Assembly: GCA_963706715.1 (NCBI GenBank)
Contig: CAVPNI010000002.1
Span: 448,001 to 512,000 of the forward strand
Length of the DNA: 64,000 nucleotides
Reading direction: 5' to 3'
DNA from: an uncultured Verrucomicrobiae bacterium
Lineage (GTDB): Bacteria > Verrucomicrobiota > Verrucomicrobiia > Chthoniobacterales > Xiphinematobacteraceae
In this document: positions 60,579 to 64,000 of the stretch, one piece after another
How the letters are laid out: each line of letters begins with the position of its first letter
How positions within the stretch are numbered: the first letter of the stretch is position 1
Program-made: the position numbers and the translations under genes
The notes under the pieces: generated by a model
Told to the model about the DNA's origin: nothing
The model's input: only the letters and a program-made list of their open reading frames with translations
The model's database searches: none

Positions 60579-60650
60579 TGGGCGGTGAGGGGTTCGAACC
60601 CCCGACCTACTGGGTGTAAACCAGCCGCTCTACCGCTGAGCTAACCGCCC
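60579..60650 (-). tRNA. tRNA-Val (TAC)
   Basis: Reverse complement gggcggttagctcagcggtagagcggctgg-ttTACac-ccagtaggtcgggggttcgaacccctcaccgccca; CCA not encoded. Confidence 0.95.
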
Positions 60651-60660
60651 CCCAACTGCG

Positions 60661-60805
60661 CCAGCTTCGCTGGTTTCTTTTAGAAGCCCATAGTTACAAA
60701 TAAAGTTTTTTTGATCTACAAATTTTTTAGAGTTGTAGCGCAAATAACACTCATTTTTATTCAATGGTTTCTAAAGGAAAGGGACGAAGTCCCGACGAAG
60801 TCCGC
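60661..60805 (+). repeat. Palindromic element, copy I (full length; overlaps the 3' end of the HD gene)
   Basis: cagcttcgctggtttcttttagaagc...ctacaaattttttagagttgtag...gtttctaaaggaaagggacgaagtcccgacgaagtcc. Confidence 0.88.
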
Positions 60806-61821
60806 AATGGGGAAATCGGTCCCACCTTTAAGATATGATGTTTTTCAAACACCCCTGGGGCTACCTGCTGACTTGTAGCATAAGCGTCTTTGATTATTTC
60901 TAATTTCGCGTCAAGATTGTCAATAAAGTGCAAGGCAAGCGCTTCGGGAGTTTTCGGGAGAACTGGAGAGCCAAATTCATATTCCCCGTGGTGGGCAGCT
61001 ACCAAATGAACGAGATGTAAGCGCACATCCTCCGAAGGCGGTGACACTTCTTTCCAGGATTCCAACGGAAGTTTTCTCCACAAGGTGTTGATAAGCTCTA
61101 TACCGATGGAGATATGCCCCATTAATTCTCCTCTCATATCGTGTGGAATTAAAAATCCCTGGTCGGGAGGGCAGACTTCCCAGAGCTTTCCACAATCATG
61201 AAAAAGTGCGCCGGTCATCAAGAGATCCCGATTCAAGTGAGAGTAAACAGAAGCCGCTTGATCAGCCATTCGCATTATTTGCGCAGTATGTCGACAGAGC
61301 CCTCCACGATAAGCATGGTGGATCTTTCGGGCCGCAGCAGCACGACAGAACCTGAGTCCAAACTCTTTTAGAAAAATCAGCGCTAATTCCCGAAGGCGCG
61401 GATCTCCCAGTTTTTCCGCAGTCTGCTCAATCCAGTTAAAATCCTCATCCGTCGTCAATTTTCCTTGGAAAAGACACCGGCTTTCCTCCTCAGAGAGAAC
61501 CCGAATTTCCCAACGGCGAACATCCAAACCATATTGCCCATTGTGGAAAAATTCGCCTGTTATTTCGACCGCAGCATGGACGGCAAGAGACGAACATTGC
61601 GAAAACGCCAAACCATCGCTCCAAGCCCGCAGAGTCATGCTCCCCTCCGCGTCCCGAATTCCTAATTCCCAATAGGGCTTGCCATTCACTGAATCTTTTC
61701 GCCTCAGCGACTCGATCTGCGCACGAAGTTTACCCTGCCAGGAATTTTTCTGGCAGAGAGATCTAAGCTCCGGAATGGATTTCAAATCCATGGCTTCGTG
61801 TTTTAAAGCCAACTGTGCCAA
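60757..61821 (-). CDS. OB-fold/HD-domain 3'-5' exoribonuclease, YhaM family
   Basis: N-terminal OB fold, AARKIHHAYRGGL..H, HDCGK, GHI, HHG...GSP, DNLDAK. Confidence 0.88.
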   Translation of the reverse strand: MAQLALKHEAMDLKSIPELRSLCQKNSWQGKLRAQIESLRRKDSVNGKPYWELGIRDAEGSMTLRAWSDGLAFSQCSSLAVHAAVEITGEFFHNGQYGLDVRRWEIRVLSEEESRCLFQGKLTTDEDFNWIEQTAEKLGDPRLRELALIFLKEFGLRFCRAAAARKIHHAYRGGLCRHTAQIMRMADQAASVYSHLNRDLLMTGALFHDCGKLWEVCPPDQGFLIPHDMRGELMGHISIGIELINTLWRKLPLESWKEVSPPSEDVRLHLVHLVAAHHGEYEFGSPVLPKTPEALALHFIDNLDAKLEIIKDAYATSQQVAPGVFEKHHILKVGPISPLRTSSGLRPFPLETIE

Positions 61822-61961
61822 TACTGATACAAGCGCGCCTGAGTCAGCGTGTTTGCCTGAAATTTTGTGCCCACCATACTGATCGATCCTAAGTCAAACA
61901 TCTCTGGCAACAGTAAAACATCCCAAAAATGAGATATCCCCGGAGATCCAGCTAAGTCGCT

Positions 61962-62204
61962 TTAAATCTCGACGTTTACGCGACGCCCTCCGCCATCAAA
62001 AAAGACTTTTCCTGGGGAAAGAGCAAAAATGGTATAATCCCTGCCCAATCCAACATTCTGTCCCGGAAGAAATTTTGTTCCACGCTGACGTATGATAATA
62101 CTGCCAGGCTGGACGACTTCGCCTCCAAATTTTTTTACTCCAAGTCGCTTACTTTGGCTATCACGACCGTTCTTAACGCTTCCTTGTCCTTTTTTATGCG
62201 CCAT
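61962..62204 (-). CDS. rpmA: 50S ribosomal protein L27
   Basis: [27 protein letters not shown]. Confidence 0.98.
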   Translation of the reverse strand: MAHKKGQGSVKNGRDSQSKRLGVKKFGGEVVQPGSIIIRQRGTKFLPGQNVGLGRDYTIFALSPGKVFFDGGGRRVNVEI

Positions 62205-62218
62205 AAAAACAAATCCAA

Positions 62219-62533
62219 TTAGTGACTGATTTCAGTGATTTTGAGGCGAGTGAGTCTCCGACGGTGCCCCACCGTACGGTGATATCCTTTACGGCGCTTA
62301 AATTTGAAAGCCGTAATTTTGTCACCCTTACGATGTTCCATTACTTCAGCTTTAATTGAGGTTCCGTTTAGAAACGGGGTTCCCAGCGAGATCTTTTCCT
62401 CTTTTGAGACCAAAAGCACCTCATTAAATACGGTCTGAGAGCCTGTTTCCACATCCAGTAACTCGACATCGATGATATCTCCGGGACAAACACGATACTG
62501 TTTCCCACCCGTTTTAAAAATTGCGTATGCCAT
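62219..62533 (-). CDS. rplU: 50S ribosomal protein L21
   Basis: [22 protein letters not shown]. Confidence 0.98.
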   Translation of the reverse strand: MAYAIFKTGGKQYRVCPGDIIDVELLDVETGSQTVFNEVLLVSKEEKISLGTPFLNGTSIKAEVMEHRKGDKITAFKFKRRKGYHRTVGHRRRLTRLKITEISH

Positions 62534-62661
62534 AGGTTTAGACCCCGGAACAAATTAGCCCGGCGGAACCGATGATCATGAATTACTTTCAGCGCTTTTC
62601 AAGACAAATTTTCAGCTTGCGGGCCGCTGTCAGAATCGCCAAGTTTACATTCCTCCCCTTC

Positions 62662-62745
62662 GCTCGGGTGGTGAAATGGCAGACACATACGTTTGAGGGG
62701 CGTATGCCGCAAGGCGTGCGGGTTCAAGTCCCGCCCCGAGCACCA
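62662..62745 (+). tRNA. tRNA-Leu (GAG)
   Basis: gctcgggtggtgaaatggcagacacatacgt-ttGAGgg-gcgta, long variable arm, ggttcaagtcc, CCA encoded. Confidence 0.95.
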
Positions 62746-63125
62746 ATCCCCCTCTAGCCCGAATTTTTGCTGTTAAATAGGTGTCCCCTCTCACGCCCTC
62801 AGAAGATCTCAGCCTAACGGCCTGCACGTAAGCGAAGGCTGTTTTTTATTGATCCCCTTTACTTATCTTTTCGGATCAATACATTTCATTATACCATAGC
62901 CGCTTGAACATCTATAGCGAGCTTGTTCTGATCCACCGCTGAATTCTGGCGGGAACAGTGATTTTTGAGCATTCCCAGCCGGGTACCAGGTGAGCCGGAA
63001 GGGCTGGCCAAATTTCCTCCAATCAATATTGCTAATATTTTATTACATAAATAGTTGACATTTAATGACATATTGTATATTTAGGCTCCACGCATGCATA
63101 AACATATGCGTATCCAACCTCACTT

Positions 63126-63665
63126 ATGAAGCTCACAAAATATCTCATGCTGGTCCCGGCCCTAGCATTATTAGTCTCCTTTGCAAATGCCGGGGAATAC
63201 AAAGTCATGCAAAAACAGTACAAAGCTCCCGTCGAGGAATGCGTATTCCGCGATTACGAGTTTCAGATAGATGGCTTTGTTGCCGGTTTGGCAACTTGTA
63301 ATAATCGCACCATCGCACCTGGCATCGGTGGTGGTGTAGGAGCAAATTACATCTTTCTGAGATATTTCGGATTGGGAACAGATGCCATATGGACTGACAG
63401 TAATCACAGATGGACTCAGCAGACCTTCACAGGCTATGGCTTATTGCGTTATCCCATTTGCTCGTGGAACCTAGCTCCTTACCTCCTTGTTGGCGGTGGT
63501 GCGACTCTAGACGGTCGCGCTTATGGATTTGTCCAAGTGGGCGGTGGCTTGGAGTGGCGGCCATGGTATCACGTCGGCTTTTTTGTGGATGGTCGTGGCT
63601 GTATCGTTCAAAAAGGCGCCAACTCGTTCGCTCTCATACGCGGCGGTATTCGCCTTGTTTTCTAA
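63126..63665 (+). CDS. Small outer-membrane beta-barrel protein
   Basis: Signal peptide, alternating beta strands (GGGVGANY, PYLLVGGG, GGGLEWR), C-terminal Phe. Confidence 0.82.
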   Translation: MKLTKYLMLVPALALLVSFANAGEYKVMQKQYKAPVEECVFRDYEFQIDGFVAGLATCNNRTIAPGIGGGVGANYIFLRYFGLGTDAIWTDSNHRWTQQTFTGYGLLRYPICSWNLAPYLLVGGGATLDGRAYGFVQVGGGLEWRPWYHVGFFVDGRGCIVQKGANSFALIRGGIRLVF

Positions 63666-63692
63666 AAACGCTGAATTCACCTGTTAGGGACG

Positions 63693-63731
63693 AAAAACCC
63701 CAACCGGCTAAAAAGCCGGTTGGGGTTTTTT
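63693..63731 (+). terminator. Rho-independent terminator
   Basis: aaaaaccccaaccggct-aaaa-agccggttggggtttttt. Confidence 0.88.
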
Positions 63732-63734
63732 CGT

Positions 63735-63924
63735 GCCAACTTCGCCAACTTCGCCAACTTCGTTGGTTTTCTTTAGGAACCCGACTTCGTCGGTTTCTTT
63801 TAGAAGCAGACAACTACAAATAAAGTCTTTTTTGATCTACAAGTTTTTGAGAGTTGTTGTGCAAATAACGCCCATTTTCATTCAACAGGTTCTAAAGGAA
63901 AGGGACGAAGTCCCCGAAGTCCGC
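63735..63924 (+). repeat. Palindromic element, copy J (full length, duplicated left end with 9-bp tandem repeats)
   Basis: (gccaacttc)x3, a partial left end, then a full copy at 63781-63924 highly similar to copy I. Confidence 0.88.
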
Positions 63925-64000
63925 TACAAGCTCAGGCATTATATTCTTACCCCCTTGGGCACCACGGGAGACGTTAATCCCTTTTTTTGGATGGGGAACC

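Noticed and set aside
62889..63071. 60-aa minus-strand ORF next to tRNA-Leu, faintly IS630-like
   Set aside because: Similarity is marginal and it overlaps the probable promoter region of the OMP gene.
63735..63800. Possible CRISPR array
   Set aside because: 9-bp tandem units without unique spacers; no cas genes; part of the palindromic element.
144..63823. Many short ORFs in the track that overlap longer genes (e.g. 519-1046, 46430-46879, 54323-54811, 63410-63823)
   Set aside because: Antisense or alternate-frame shadows of well-supported genes with no recognisable motifs.
63925..64000. 3' end of a minus-strand gene entering from beyond the window
   Set aside because: Too little sequence to choose the frame or product.

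Overview
Mostly core chromosome of a moderate-GC bacterium, probably Verrucomicrobiota (inferred from the L27 N-terminus [16 protein letters not shown], a tiny LGAC lipoprotein and gene content; not verified). Housekeeping genes include mqnC, rdgB, rpoN, rmuC, tkt, rsmI, asd, ychF, fur, glgE, an amgK/murU-like pair, mutL, tlyA, nadK, cca, rplU-rpmA and four tRNAs (Gln-TTG, Ala-CGC, Val-TAC, Leu-GAG). Two things stand out. (1) A compact 10.7 kb type IV secretion-like operon (24616-35314: VirB2, B3, B4, lipoprotein, B5, B6, B8, B9, B10-like, lipoprotein) that has no relaxase, coupling protein, VirB11 or integrase in the window and ends in a stand-alone ClpB-D2-type AAA+ ATPase. (2) A dispersed ~130-170 bp imperfect palindromic element (ends GACTTCGTC...GACGAAGTC) with about ten full or partial copies, which supplies the N- or C-terminal codons of several core proteins. 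Also present: a decayed IS630 with perfect inverted repeats, orphan IS630-like ends, an alkaline phosphatase homologue lacking catalytic residues and a MutL with a degenerate endonuclease motif. All calls come from motif recognition by eye; no database searches were run.
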